The notes under the pieces are model-generated. The model did no database searches. It saw nothing but the letters and a program-made list of their open reading frames with translations, and was not told where the DNA came from. A DNA stretch of 64,000 nt, taken from assembly GCA_963756875.1 (NCBI GenBank), contig CAVWPA010000003.1, forward strand, positions 800,001 through 864,000. Reading direction: 5' to 3'. Shown here piece after piece: positions 39,213 to 48,839 of this stretch (within the stretch, counting starts at the first letter, position 1; the number at the start of each line of letters is the position of its first letter). This stretch comes from an uncultured Verrucomicrobiae bacterium. Its GTDB lineage: Bacteria; Verrucomicrobiota; Verrucomicrobiia; Chthoniobacterales; UBA10450. Made by a program: the position numbers and the translations under genes.

Positions 39213-42008
39213 TTATTCCGCGATGGCGGCCTGGGCTGCGGCCAATCGCGCGATCGGAATCCGGAACGGACTACAACTGACGTAGTTCAATCCGAGACGA
39301 TGGCAGAATTTCACGCTAGTGGGCTCGCCGCCGTGTTCGCCGCAAATCCCGAGCTTGATGTCTGGCCGGGTCTTGCGGCCGAGATCGCGCGTTATCTCCA
39401 TGAGCCGTCCGACACCTTTCTGATCGATTGAGGCAAATGGATTTGTGTCGATGATATCGAGCTCGGCGTATGCGGGCAGAAAACTGCCGGAATCGTCGCG
39501 ACTCATTCCGAGGGTCGTTTGGGTGAGATCGTTGGTTCCGAAACTGAAAAACTGCGCGTCGCGCGCAATTTCGTCCGCTACCAGCGCGGCACGAGGAATT
39601 TCGATCATCGTTCCAACGAGATAATTGAATTTCGTCTTTCTCTCTTTCGCGACTTCGTCCGCCACGCGGCGCACGATCTCAACCTGCGATTTCAGTTCAC
39701 GCGGGAATCCAACCAACGGGATCATGATCTCGGGATGGACCTTAATTCCTTTGGCCTGCACTTCAGCGGCGGCCTCAAAGACGGCGCGCGCCTGCATTTC
39801 GGAAATCTCGGGATAAACAACGCCCAGCCGGCAACCGCGATGACCCAGCATTGGGTTGAATTCGTGCAGCTCGTGCACGCGACGTGAGATGTGCTCAACG
39901 GTGACGCCCAGTTTGTTTGCCAACTCGTTTTGCTGAGCGTGGTCGTTAGGCAAAAATTCGTGCAACGGCGGATCGAGGAACCGAATCGTCGCCGGCAAGC
40001 CTTTCAGAGCGGTGAATATGCCGGCGAAGTCGCTGCGCTGGTAGGGAAGTAGTTTGGCCAACGCTCGCGCCCGCTCCTCTTTTGTTCCGGCGAGAATCAT
40101 TTCACGCATCGCGTCGATCCTGTTGCCCTCAAAAAACATGTGCTCGGTGCGGCACAGGCCGATTCCCTCTGCACCGAATGCGATTGCGTTTCTCGCCTGC
40201 TCGGGCGTGTCGGCGTTTGTGCGCACGCCCAGGGTCCGGAATTCATCCACCCATTTCATTAGCTTTGCGTATTCCTGGTAGGTCACGCTCTTTTTTGCAT
40301 CCAGGGTCCGGTCCACCAGGACCTGCACGATCTCGGACGGCGCGGTCGTAACTTCGCCCGCAAAGACTTCGCCCGCCGTTCCATCGATGGAGATATAGTC
40401 GCCCCGTTTCAATGTCGTTCCGTTGGCGCTCAGGGTTCCTTTTTGATAATCGATGTGAATGTCGCTCGCGCCGCATACGCAGACCTTGCCCATCTGGCGG
40501 GCGACCAAAGCGGCATGCGACGAAACACCGCCACGCGATGTGAGAATGCCTTCCGCCGCAATCATTCCCCGCAAGTCCTCGGGCGACGTTTCAATGCGCG
40601 CGAGAACGACTTTCTCGCCTTTCTCCGAACGCGCCACCGCCTCTTCCGCGCTGAAAACGACATGACCGGAAGCCGCGCCCGGCCCGGCGGCCAAACCGCC
40701 CCCGATTTTCTTTGCCTGCATGGCCGATTGTCGATCAAAGATCGGAGCGAGCAGATGGGCGAGGGAATCCGCCGGAATGCGTTTCACGGCATCCTTTTTC
40801 GTTATCAGTTTTTCGTCGACCATGTCCACGGCGATACGAACAGCGGCGTGACCCGTCCGCTTTCCATTTCTGGTCTGCAAAATGTAAAGCCGGTTGTCTT
40901 CGACGGTGAACTCGAGGTCCTGCATGTCCTTGAAATGGCGTTCCAGAGTTGCGCGAACCTTCATCAGTCCTTTGTGTGCGGCCGGCATCTCTTTTGCCAG
41001 GTGAGCGATTGGATGAGGGGTGCGCACCCCGGCGACGACATCTTCACCCTGTGCATTGATCAGATATTCGCCGTAAAAGACCTTTTCTCCGGTGGCCGGA
41101 TCCCGTGTGAAGGCGACGCCGGTGGCACTCGTGTCGCCCATGTTGCCGAAAACCATTGTCTGCACATTGACCGCCGTTCCCCATTCGTGCGGAATGCCGT
41201 ACTTGCGCCGGTAAACAATGGCGCGGTCGTTCATCCACGAACCGAAGACGGCGCCAATCGCGCCCCAAAGCTGTCCGCGCGCGTCCTGCGGAAACGATTT
41301 GCCGGTCCGCTCTTTGATCAGCGCTTTGAAGCGCGCGACCAGCTCCTTGAGATCGCCGACCGTTAGTTTCACGTCGGGAAAGTCATGTTTGCCGTAGCGC
41401 TTATCCTTCAAATGCTCGATGACGCTTTCGAACGGTTCGTGATGTTCGTCGGGTCGCTTTTGCACCCCCATGACCACGTCGCCGTACATTTGCAGGAACC
41501 GCCGATACGAGTCCCAGGCGAAACGCGGATTTTTTGTTTTCCTGGCAACAACTTCAACCACCTCGTCGTTGATGCCGAGGTTCAGAATGGTATCCATCAT
41601 GCCGGGCATGGAATCGCGCGCGCCGGAGCGCACGGAAACGAGCAGCGGCCGCTCGATATCGCCTAGCTTCTTGTTTGCCGATTTTTCGACCCTGGCCAGC
41701 GCTGCATCGACCTGGGCCTCCAACTGCGGGGGATAGGTCCGTTTATGTTCGTAAAAATAAGTGCAGACCTCTGTTGTAATGGTGAACCCTGGAGGTACAG
41801 GCAGACCGATGCGTGTCATCTCCGCGAGGTTCGCGCCCTTGCCGCCGAGAAGCGGCTTCATTGTTCCCGAGCCGTCGGCCTGCCCGTCTCCGAAGTAATA
41901 AACGTACCGTGGGGCCCGCTTCTTGGAAGCCGGCCGGGATTTCACTGTTGATTTTGCTTTAGGAACGCGATGCGAGGTCTTGCGGAGCGATTTTGTTTTT
42001 TTGCGCAT
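39213..42008 (-). CDS. ppdK: Pyruvate, phosphate dikinase
   Basis: [27 protein letters not shown] phospho-His, [24 protein letters not shown]. Confidence 0.98.
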   Translation of the reverse strand: MRKKTKSLRKTSHRVPKAKSTVKSRPASKKRAPRYVYYFGDGQADGSGTMKPLLGGKGANLAEMTRIGLPVPPGFTITTEVCTYFYEHKRTYPPQLEAQVDAALARVEKSANKKLGDIERPLLVSVRSGARDSMPGMMDTILNLGINDEVVEVVARKTKNPRFAWDSYRRFLQMYGDVVMGVQKRPDEHHEPFESVIEHLKDKRYGKHDFPDVKLTVGDLKELVARFKALIKERTGKSFPQDARGQLWGAIGAVFGSWMNDRAIVYRRKYGIPHEWGTAVNVQTMVFGNMGDTSATGVAFTRDPATGEKVFYGEYLINAQGEDVVAGVRTPHPIAHLAKEMPAAHKGLMKVRATLERHFKDMQDLEFTVEDNRLYILQTRNGKRTGHAAVRIAVDMVDEKLITKKDAVKRIPADSLAHLLAPIFDRQSAMQAKKIGGGLAAGPGAASGHVVFSAEEAVARSEKGEKVVLARIETSPEDLRGMIAAEGILTSRGGVSSHAALVARQMGKVCVCGASDIHIDYQKGTLSANGTTLKRGDYISIDGTAGEVFAGEVTTAPSEIVQVLVDRTLDAKKSVTYQEYAKLMKWVDEFRTLGVRTNADTPEQARNAIAFGAEGIGLCRTEHMFFEGNRIDAMREMILAGTKEERARALAKLLPYQRSDFAGIFTALKGLPATIRFLDPPLHEFLPNDHAQQNELANKLGVTVEHISRRVHELHEFNPMLGHRGCRLGVVYPEISEMQARAVFEAAAEVQAKGIKVHPEIMIPLVGFPRELKSQVEIVRRVADEVAKERKTKFNYLVGTMIEIPRAALVADEIARDAQFFSFGTNDLTQTTLGMSRDDSGSFLPAYAELDIIDTNPFASIDQKGVGRLMEITRDLGRKTRPDIKLGICGEHGGEPTSVKFCHRLGLNYVSCSPFRIPIARLAAAQAAIAE

Positions 42009-42125
42009 GGAAAAGGTTAGTAAGCAGACGAACGCGCCAAATTAAGTCCGTGCGTTTGCGTGTCAATGCGCCACGCACCCCGGAACGGACAAATATCTTG
42101 TACCTTGTCGGATGCGACCGGGCGT

Positions 42126-42335
42126 TCAGGCCGGGGCGCGCTCCGCGTTCTCGATCACATCTTCGATGGCGGCGGTGAAATCACCTACGCCAGTGCTTGG
42201 CACAATAATCGTATTGCGACGCCCATGTGCTGCCTCGGTGATCCGCAAGAACTTTCCCCGTTCATTTTCCCGGAATTCCACGAGGAAATGCTTCCGTTCG
42301 ATCTGCAGTTCTCTCGCTTCGATAATGTTATCCAT
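42126..42335 (-). CDS. PUR-family (Pur-alpha-like) ssDNA/RNA-binding protein
   Basis: Single PUR repeat pattern ERKHFLVEFRENERGKFLRITE...RNTIIVP. Confidence 0.85.
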   Translation of the reverse strand: MDNIIEARELQIERKHFLVEFRENERGKFLRITEAAHGRRNTIIVPSTGVGDFTAAIEDVIENAERAPA

Positions 42336-42525
42336 TTTGCAGAAACGGCGGAGTTTAGGCCGCTCCGGGTCAAGAAGGGAAGGATAATTTTAGACAAATG
42401 TTACCTCTGCCTGGGCGTCCTCCGGGTTGCACAGGGCGCTTCTTGGAAAGGGGAAGCGCCTGCACAGCGGCGCTGATCAATGGCTTTGGAAATAAAATAT
42501 ATCAACCATACTTAAGCCACTGATC

Positions 42526-42942
42526 ATGGGAATTCGGGCGAAAGGATATGTTGTTTTGTTTTGCTTAATCATGTCATTATGGACTTGCGGTGTTAGTAAT
42601 GGCGAAGCGGCAGGATCTCCGTTTTCGGGCTATCCCTATCAAATGCGAGCGGATGACCGATCCCGATTCATCGCGGCGCTCAAAACTTTAACAATCGGCG
42701 ACAGTCGGGAGCACGTTATTCATGTGCTCGGAACCTCAGCTGATGAATCGCTGATCAAGGGCAAAAAGAGAAACGATCCAGTTAGGGGCGCGATCATTAC
42801 TTATTGGCTCAAGAAAACAGCACCTAATTTCGTGAATGAAAAGACAGACCAGTACGTTTCAATTGTTTTCGATAACGACCGGAAAATAGTCCGTTTCTTG
42901 ACGAACATTCCCGGGTTGTCGCTACCACCTGGATCGAAGTAG
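42526..42942 (+). CDS. Hypothetical secreted protein
   Basis: 138 aa ORF with hydrophobic N-terminus; LTIGDSREHVIHVLG resembles a SmpA/BamE-like fold start; AT-richer than neighbours. Confidence 0.6.
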   Translation: MGIRAKGYVVLFCLIMSLWTCGVSNGEAAGSPFSGYPYQMRADDRSRFIAALKTLTIGDSREHVIHVLGTSADESLIKGKKRNDPVRGAIITYWLKKTAPNFVNEKTDQYVSIVFDNDRKIVRFLTNIPGLSLPPGSK

Positions 42943-43084
42943 TTCTCCGACAATTTCAGTTGCTTGGCACGCTAGCGTTGCGAGTCGAGTTTGAGGAAGG
43001 GCTCGACTGGCGGTACATGTCTAGAAAATGCCGCGGTGTCAAAAGGGTATCAAACGACGGCCCGTAACCCCCGGTGAACAGGTG

Positions 43085-43231
43085 TCGGAAGTCAGCGATC
43101 AGCGGTCAGGTCAAAAAGGTTCCAAATGCCTCAGTTCAGGGGCTCCCGCCTTTGTCCGGCAACGGCCGGACTGCGGCGCGGCGGGCGACCCAGGTAACCA
43201 GAGGTCAGAGGACAGAAGCCAGAGATCAGCT
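43085..43231. repeat. Two 7-mer tandem tracts (GTCAGAG-like)
   Basis: GTCGGAA GTCAGCG ATCAGCG GTCAGGT and ACCAGAG GTCAGAG GACAGAA GCCAGAG ATCAGCT. Confidence 0.7.
43146..43185 (+). mobile_element. Mini insertion element, copy 2 (long variant)
   Basis: CCGCCTTT-GTCCGGC-AACG-GCCGGAC-TGCGGCGCGGCGGG with C on both sides. Confidence 0.6.
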
Positions 43232-43236
43232 TCGGT

Positions 43237-43361
43237 TAAAGAAAAGCAGCTGCGCAGCCAAACACCGATGACGCGGCAATGGATTGCAGATCGACTGAAG
43301 ATGGGCAGTCCAAGTTACGTTTCCAACCTATTTGCCAGTGTCGATAGTAAGCTCTGACCCC
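43237..43361 (+). pseudogene. C-terminal remnant of a Y1/REP-associated tyrosine transposase-like gene
   Basis: QLRSQTPMTRQWIADRLKMGSPSYVSNL resembles, from recall, the C-terminal HTH of verrucomicrobial Y1 transposases; ends in CTGACCCC; no HUH domain upstream. Confidence 0.6.
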
Positions 43362-43403
43362 TACGGGAGGGAAGGCGCGTCGTTCTGAAGAGGAGTCGAA
43401 TTT

Positions 43404-45617
43404 CTACCTTTTTTTACTTCTATCGCGCTGGGCTGAGGGCTGGTCGGCGAGGGCAAAATCGATCTGTCGCTTGAACCGGTCGACCCGCGCCACAAAGACC
43501 CGGAGCTCGTCCCCGAGGGAATAGCGTTTTCGGGAACGTCGGCCGATCAGACGGCGTTGGACGGCGTCGAAGACATAAAAATCGCCGGTGAGTGACGAGA
43601 TGTGGATCAGGCCCGTGGTGAGCACGTCGGGCAGCTCTACCACCAGGCCGTAATTGCGAACCTCGATCACGGTGGCCCGAAAAACCTCGGGATTGCGCAT
43701 CTCCAGCTGCCGCTCGAAGAACTCCAAGGTCATGATTCGAACGGCATCGATCTCCGCCTCGGCGGCGTTGCGCTCGGTGGCCGAGATGTGGGCGGCAATC
43801 GATTCGACTTCGTGCATGTCGATCCTGCCGGGTTGATCCTGGTAGGGACGCCGCGCTGCGGCGTCCGGTCGGCGCAGCGCGCCGACCCTACCTAAGGCGC
43901 GATGCACGACCAGGTCCGCATAACGTCGGATTGGACTGGTGAAATGCAGGTAGTTCGCCTTTGCGAGTCCGTAGTGACCCAGCGGCTGCGCGGCATAACG
44001 CGCTCGCTTCAAGCTCTTGAGCAAGCCGATCTTGAGCGCCTGTTCCTCCGGTTTGCCGCGGGTGGAAGCCAGAAAACGCTGGATCTCGGCGCGATGCGAG
44101 AGGTCGCCTACCTTGTAACCAAAACTCAATATGAATTCGCGATACTCCGCCAGTTTTTGCGGATCGGGATCCTCGTGAACCCGGTAAACGGTTGGGATGT
44201 CGCGATGTCTCAGCTCGCGCGCCACCGCTTCATTTGCGGCCAGCATGAATTCCTCGATCAACTGGTGCGATTCGTCATTTTCGACCCGTTCCAGCCGAAC
44301 AGGTCTGCCCTCCGAATCGACACGCACTTTCACTTCCGGAAAATCGAGATCGAGCGAGCCATGTTCGAACCGCTTTCTGCGAAGCAGGGAAGCGAGCTCC
44401 CATGCCGTATGCAGGCGTTTGCTCAGTTCGTCGCCGGCATTCGATTTGAGAATTGCATGCGCCTCCTTGTAAGTAAGCCGGCGCGCGCTGCGGATGATAC
44501 TCTTTGCAAAATGGGCATTCTTTGCCCGGCCATTCTTGTCGAACCGAATGAACACGGAGCGAGTAAGACGGTTGACTTGCGGGTTGAGGCTGCAAACGCC
44601 GTTGCTTAAGCGTTCGGGCAACATGGGAATGACCCGGTCCGGCAGGTAAACACTGTTTCCACGCCGGCGGGCTTCACGATCGAGAGAGCTGCCTGGTTTC
44701 ACGTAGGCTGAAACGTCGGCGATGTGCACGCCCAGCAGCCATTCTCCGTTGTCGGTCTTTTCGACATTGATCGCATCGTCGAAATCCCGCGCATCGTCCG
44801 GGTCGATGGTGACAATGAATTTTTGACGCAAATCTTCGCGGCCATCGAGCATTCCCTCGGTCACGGTCTCAGAAACTTGGTTCGCTTCTTCAACGACGTC
44901 TTTCGGAAACTCGGCGGGAAGGTCGTACTTCCGGATAATTGAAAGCATGTCGATCCCGGGGGCCGAGGCCGGTCCGAGAAGCTCGATGATTTTGCCTTCT
45001 GGATTGACGTGACGCGATTCCCATGGCTCGAGGCGCACCACGACTTTGTCTCCGACCGCCGGAATCTTTGGCAGCGCCCCGGCCCGGGGGAGTGGCACGT
45101 AGACGTTGTGGACCATGCGCGGATCGTCCGCGACGACGTAGTAAAAGTTCTGCGACTGCTGAAGCGTGCCCACGATGGTGTCGCGCGCGCGTTCCAGGAT
45201 GCGAATGACCCGGCCCTCGGGGCGTCCGTATCTTTTTTTGCCCCGCACGAAGGGCTCCTCACGCGTGATTCGCGCGACCACCCGATCGCCGTTCATGGCT
45301 GTGCCGGTGTTCTCTGCCGCGATGAAAATGTCCGGCTCGCCCGGGGTTTCGCTGATCAGAAAACCGTAACCGGCCTGATGGATCGACAATTTGCCGGTGA
45401 CAAGGTCGGCCTCGGCGGGCAGCACATAGCGGTTTTTCCGGATCCGCGCGATCTGACCCGACCGCTCGAGATCGCGCAGCTCCTGGCGAAGGGCGACGCG
45501 CTGATTGCTCTTCACGGCGAGCTTGCGTGCGATCTCGGTTTTATCGAGCGGTCGGTAATCGCGCGAGGCGAGGAGCGCGAGAATCTTCTCGCGAATCTTA
45601 CGTCCGTTTTGAATCAT
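43404..45617 (-). CDS. rnr: Ribonuclease R
   Basis: N-terminal HTH, cold-shock domains, TIDPDDARDFDDA, HFTSPIRRYADLVVHR, S1 domain. Confidence 0.97.
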   Translation of the reverse strand: MIQNGRKIREKILALLASRDYRPLDKTEIARKLAVKSNQRVALRQELRDLERSGQIARIRKNRYVLPAEADLVTGKLSIHQAGYGFLISETPGEPDIFIAAENTGTAMNGDRVVARITREEPFVRGKKRYGRPEGRVIRILERARDTIVGTLQQSQNFYYVVADDPRMVHNVYVPLPRAGALPKIPAVGDKVVVRLEPWESRHVNPEGKIIELLGPASAPGIDMLSIIRKYDLPAEFPKDVVEEANQVSETVTEGMLDGREDLRQKFIVTIDPDDARDFDDAINVEKTDNGEWLLGVHIADVSAYVKPGSSLDREARRRGNSVYLPDRVIPMLPERLSNGVCSLNPQVNRLTRSVFIRFDKNGRAKNAHFAKSIIRSARRLTYKEAHAILKSNAGDELSKRLHTAWELASLLRRKRFEHGSLDLDFPEVKVRVDSEGRPVRLERVENDESHQLIEEFMLAANEAVARELRHRDIPTVYRVHEDPDPQKLAEYREFILSFGYKVGDLSHRAEIQRFLASTRGKPEEQALKIGLLKSLKRARYAAQPLGHYGLAKANYLHFTSPIRRYADLVVHRALGRVGALRRPDAAARRPYQDQPGRIDMHEVESIAAHISATERNAAEAEIDAVRIMTLEFFERQLEMRNPEVFRATVIEVRNYGLVVELPDVLTTGLIHISSLTGDFYVFDAVQRRLIGRRSRKRYSLGDELRVFVARVDRFKRQIDFALADQPSAQRDRSKKR
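43841..43892. repeat. Intact REP doublet inside the rnr coding sequence
   Basis: GGTAG-GGACGCCGC-GCT-GCGGCGTCC immediately followed by GGTCGGCGC-AGC-GCGCCGACC-CTACC: two perfect 9 bp hairpins. Confidence 0.9.
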
Positions 45618-45670
45618 GAGAGCGAAAGGGTATTGTTAGGGCGATTGCCAGTTTTCCACCGGAGGTCGAA

Positions 45671-46195
45671 ATGATGCCAAAAGCAAATTTTGTCGCCACC
45701 TTTTTAATGGCGTTGGCGGCAATCGGTTCGCTCAGCGCGGGAGTCACAAAAATGAAAATCACAAGCTCGGCTTTTCAGGAAGGCGGAAATATTCCGTCCA
45801 AATTCACATGCGATGGCGCGGATACGAGTCCCCCGTTGCATGTCGATCAGGTTCCGGCTGAAGCAAAAAGCCTGGTGTTAATTGTCGACGACCCGGACGC
45901 GCCGGGCGGGTTGTTTACGCATTGGATAGCTTGGAACATCGATCCTAAGGGCACGGAGATCGCAGAAGGAAGCGCACCGGCAAGAGGCGTCCAGGGAAGG
46001 AGCAGCTTTGGCAAATCCGGTTACGGAGGGCCCTGCCCGCCGTCCGGCACGCATCGTTACTTTTTCAAAATTTATGCATTGGATCGGGATTTGGATTTGC
46101 CGGCCGGCTCGAAGAGAGGCCAACTCGACGAAGCGATGCGCGGCCACATCATTGGTGAGGGACAACTGATGGGCCGTTATTCGCGCAAGAAATAG
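45671..46195 (+). CDS. YbhB/YbcL family Raf kinase inhibitor-like (PEBP) protein
   Basis: ITSSAF, DDPDAP, FTHW, YGGPCPPSGTHRYFF. Confidence 0.93.
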   Translation: MMPKANFVATFLMALAAIGSLSAGVTKMKITSSAFQEGGNIPSKFTCDGADTSPPLHVDQVPAEAKSLVLIVDDPDAPGGLFTHWIAWNIDPKGTEIAEGSAPARGVQGRSSFGKSGYGGPCPPSGTHRYFFKIYALDRDLDLPAGSKRGQLDEAMRGHIIGEGQLMGRYSRKK

Positions 46196-46196
46196 T

Positions 46197-46253
46197 GGAG
46201 GGCGTCCGCGCTGCATGCCACGCCATAGCGGCGCGGCGGCGGGTCGGCGCCCT
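46197..46253. repeat. GGAG REP-like hairpin interrupted by mini-element copy 3 (46214-46242, minus strand)
   Basis: Minus-strand insert CCGCCGCCGCGCCGCTATGGCGTGGCATG with C on both sides; removal leaves GGAGGGCGTCCGCGCTGTCGGCGCCCT. Confidence 0.65.
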
Positions 46254-46304
46254 GACATTTGGGACTCCTCGAATAACGCCTCGCGTGTGATAGTCTCACC
46301 CATA

Positions 46305-47150
46305 ATGGGTGGAAGACCTTGGAAAATCGGCGGCGATGTTCTCAATCTTTCCCGCCGTGCAATGATTATGGGCGTGCTGAACGTCACGCCCGATTCGTTT
46401 TCGGATGGCGGTAAGTTTTTGTCTGTCGAGAAAGCGTTTGAGCGCGGAGCGGCGATTGCAGAGGAAGGAGCGCACATCGTCGATGTGGGCGGTGAATCGA
46501 CCAGACCTGGCGCAGAACCGGTTCCGGTAGAAGAAGAGCTGCGCCGCGTGATTCCGGTGATTGAGAGATTGCGGAGGCGGATCGACATTTTTATTTCGAT
46601 CGATACATCGAAGAGCGAAGTGGCCGATGCGGCGCTGGGTGCGGGTGCTTCCATCGTCAACGATGTAACGGGTGGGCGAGGGGACGAGAAAATGATGCAG
46701 CTAATCGCAAAGCGGAAGGCAGCCTTTATCATGATGCACATGCAAGGGAAGCCGCAAACAATGCAGGAAGCGCCGCACTATCTCGATGTTGTCTCGGAAG
46801 TGGCTGATTTTTTTCGACAACAATATGGGCGCGCTCTAGAGTGCGGAATTGATCCCATGTCCATCGCGTTTGATCCCGGAATTGGTTTCGGCAAAACGCT
46901 TGAGCATAACCTCGAGCTCCTGGGAAATCTCGAGCGCCTGCGCGTGGAAGATCGGCCGTTGGCGATCGGGGTCTCCCGGAAATCTTTTCTGGGGAAACTG
47001 GCAGGCACCCCGGACATGAGCGGCCGGCTGGCGTCCACGGTTGCATTGACCGCGCTGCTGCGCTCGCGCGGCGCGAATATTCTGAGGGTGCATGACGTGA
47101 AGGAAAATGTCGCGGCGTTACGCGTAACGGAGGTCGTTTTAGAGCACTGA
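46305..47150 (+). CDS. folP: Dihydropteroate synthase
   Basis: MGVLNVTPDSFSDGG, GGESTRPGA, DPGIGFGK, SRKSF, RVHDV. Confidence 0.97.
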   Translation: MGGRPWKIGGDVLNLSRRAMIMGVLNVTPDSFSDGGKFLSVEKAFERGAAIAEEGAHIVDVGGESTRPGAEPVPVEEELRRVIPVIERLRRRIDIFISIDTSKSEVADAALGAGASIVNDVTGGRGDEKMMQLIAKRKAAFIMMHMQGKPQTMQEAPHYLDVVSEVADFFRQQYGRALECGIDPMSIAFDPGIGFGKTLEHNLELLGNLERLRVEDRPLAIGVSRKSFLGKLAGTPDMSGRLASTVALTALLRSRGANILRVHDVKENVAALRVTEVVLEH

Positions 47151-47151
47151 C

Positions 47152-48039
47152 ATGTTGCATCATCTTCTTTATCTCTGGCTAAGAAGCTGGCGGAGCATCC
47201 TTGAGATCATCCTCCTGAGTGTCGGGATCTATTACGGGTATCTTTATTTTCGCGGTACGCGCGGCGCGAAAGTGTTGACGGGACTGGCCATCGTTTTTTT
47301 GACGCTGACTTTGATCTCGACGCTCCTGAACCTCGTCGTGATCGGCTGGATTCTGCGCAGTTTTTCGGTATTTCTCGCCATTGCCCTTGTGGTCATTTTT
47401 CAACCTGAGCTTCGCCGGGGACTGGCCGAACTCGGCGGGCATCCGATCTTTTCCCTAACGAGTGAAAAACGCGAGACGGTGCACGATATCGCCGAGGCGG
47501 TGACGCAGCTCGCCAACAAGCAATTCGGCGCGCTCATCGCAATCGAGCGCGATACCTCTATTCGGGTTTATGAGGAAACCGGTGTGCGCGTGGATGCTGA
47601 ATTTTCGGTTGAACTTTTGCTGACGATTTTCCATCCCAAAGCGGCATTGCACGATGGCGGCGTTATTGTGCGTAATGGCCGGGTCGCCGCGGCGGCATGC
47701 ATTTTCCCGGTGAGCCAGCGCGAAACGCTCGATCGAAGCTTTGGACTGCGTCATCGGGCCGGACTTGGGATTACGGAAGAATCAGATGCGGTGGCGGTGG
47801 TCGTTTCCGAAGAGACCGGTGGAATTTCTATTTGCCATAGGCGGCGGATTGAGCGCAATTTTACTCTGGAAACATTTCGCCAACGGCTCGGAGAGATTTT
47901 GCTGCATGGTCCATATGAAGAGACTGATTCTGAAAAACTGGAGGGCAAACTGGAGGGCGAAGTTGATCTCGGTTCTGCTCGCGACAACCCTCTGGTACCT
48001 CATCAAGAAGAACGTAGCAACGACACCCTCGCCGTCTGA
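47152..48039 (+). CDS. cdaA: Diadenylate cyclase CdaA/DacA
   Basis: Three TM helices, VIFQPELRR, GALIA, LHDGG (DGA motif variant), GLRHRA, VSEETG. Confidence 0.93.
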   Translation: MLHHLLYLWLRSWRSILEIILLSVGIYYGYLYFRGTRGAKVLTGLAIVFLTLTLISTLLNLVVIGWILRSFSVFLAIALVVIFQPELRRGLAELGGHPIFSLTSEKRETVHDIAEAVTQLANKQFGALIAIERDTSIRVYEETGVRVDAEFSVELLLTIFHPKAALHDGGVIVRNGRVAAAACIFPVSQRETLDRSFGLRHRAGLGITEESDAVAVVVSEETGGISICHRRRIERNFTLETFRQRLGEILLHGPYEETDSEKLEGKLEGEVDLGSARDNPLVPHQEERSNDTLAV

Positions 48040-48076
48040 TTTTCGATCGGTGACGCCCGCGGCGGAGCGACGTTAA
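47915..48076 (+). CDS. 53-aa CdaR/YbbR N-terminal-anchor-like membrane peptide overlapping cdaA
   Basis: MKRLILKNWRANWRAKLISVLLATTLWYLIKKNV matches the NW..KL.S..LA..LW anchor of CdaR at its usual position after cdaA. Confidence 0.65.
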   Translation: MKRLILKNWRANWRAKLISVLLATTLWYLIKKNVATTPSPSDFRSVTPAAERR

Positions 48077-48084
48077 AGCGCAGC

Positions 48085-48546
48085 TTAGCGCAGGAAGCGC
48101 GCGAGATTTTCATGTTCCCAGCGCCTGGCCCGGCGATATCTGGGGAACTCTTGTTCACGCCGGTTAAATTCTTCGGTGTGCACGCGACGTCGGCGGCCGA
48201 CGATTTCGTCTGGAACAACCGAATGCAACATTTCGTGATAGAGCACGTACTGGAGGAACCAAAGAGGAACAAACGGCTGATCCAGTAATATATTGATCCG
48301 AATGATTCGGTCTTCTTCTTGAATGGTTCCAAAAACGAAATAATCCTTGGGTCGATGTTTCCGTCGACGGCCCCAAATCACCTGGTAACCGCGAAGGCGC
48401 CCGCGAAAATATCGCGCGTTCAGCTTGTCGAATATCTTGCGCAGGTCGAAATACCTTCCTTCCTGCTGCAGATTCAGCTGTCCCTGCATCGGCAGCTTCA
48501 GGTGCGCCAGCTTGCGCTTCGGTTTGGATTTAGTCTTCTTCGCCAT
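48085..48546 (-). CDS. SprT-like zinc metalloprotease domain protein
   Basis: FDKLNARYF, YVLYHEMLH (HExxH), downstream VH. Confidence 0.8.
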   Translation of the reverse strand: MAKKTKSKPKRKLAHLKLPMQGQLNLQQEGRYFDLRKIFDKLNARYFRGRLRGYQVIWGRRRKHRPKDYFVFGTIQEEDRIIRINILLDQPFVPLWFLQYVLYHEMLHSVVPDEIVGRRRRVHTEEFNRREQEFPRYRRARRWEHENLARFLR

Positions 48547-48839
48547 GACAACTGACCCCCTGACTTCGTCCAGTGGATAATGGTAGTTTACCGAGACTTT
48601 AATCGGCTGACAAGAAGAGCTGCGGAATCAGCCATTGTTATTTCATAAGCTGTTTGTCATCAGCTATTTATACTAAAAGACGCAGTTTTGCAGATCAAAA
48701 CCGGATTAACCCTGTCGCCAGCGCGGATTTACGAACGAAGGCTGGGATTTTACAGGGCACAGAAGGCGATTTGGCGAGTGCCGCAATTTGCGTATAATCC
48801 CGTTGTTTCCGCGGTTTCCGCTACGCAAATTGCATCGAG

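Noticed and set aside
43028..43357. 109 aa ORF as a real gene
   Set aside because: The N-terminal two thirds is translated repeat DNA; only the tail looks protein-like and is reported as a remnant.
48646..48670. Imperfect palindrome TAAGCTG...CAGCTATTTA as a dif or recombinase site
   Set aside because: Single copy, poor match to the XerC/XerD consensus; could be an ordinary operator.
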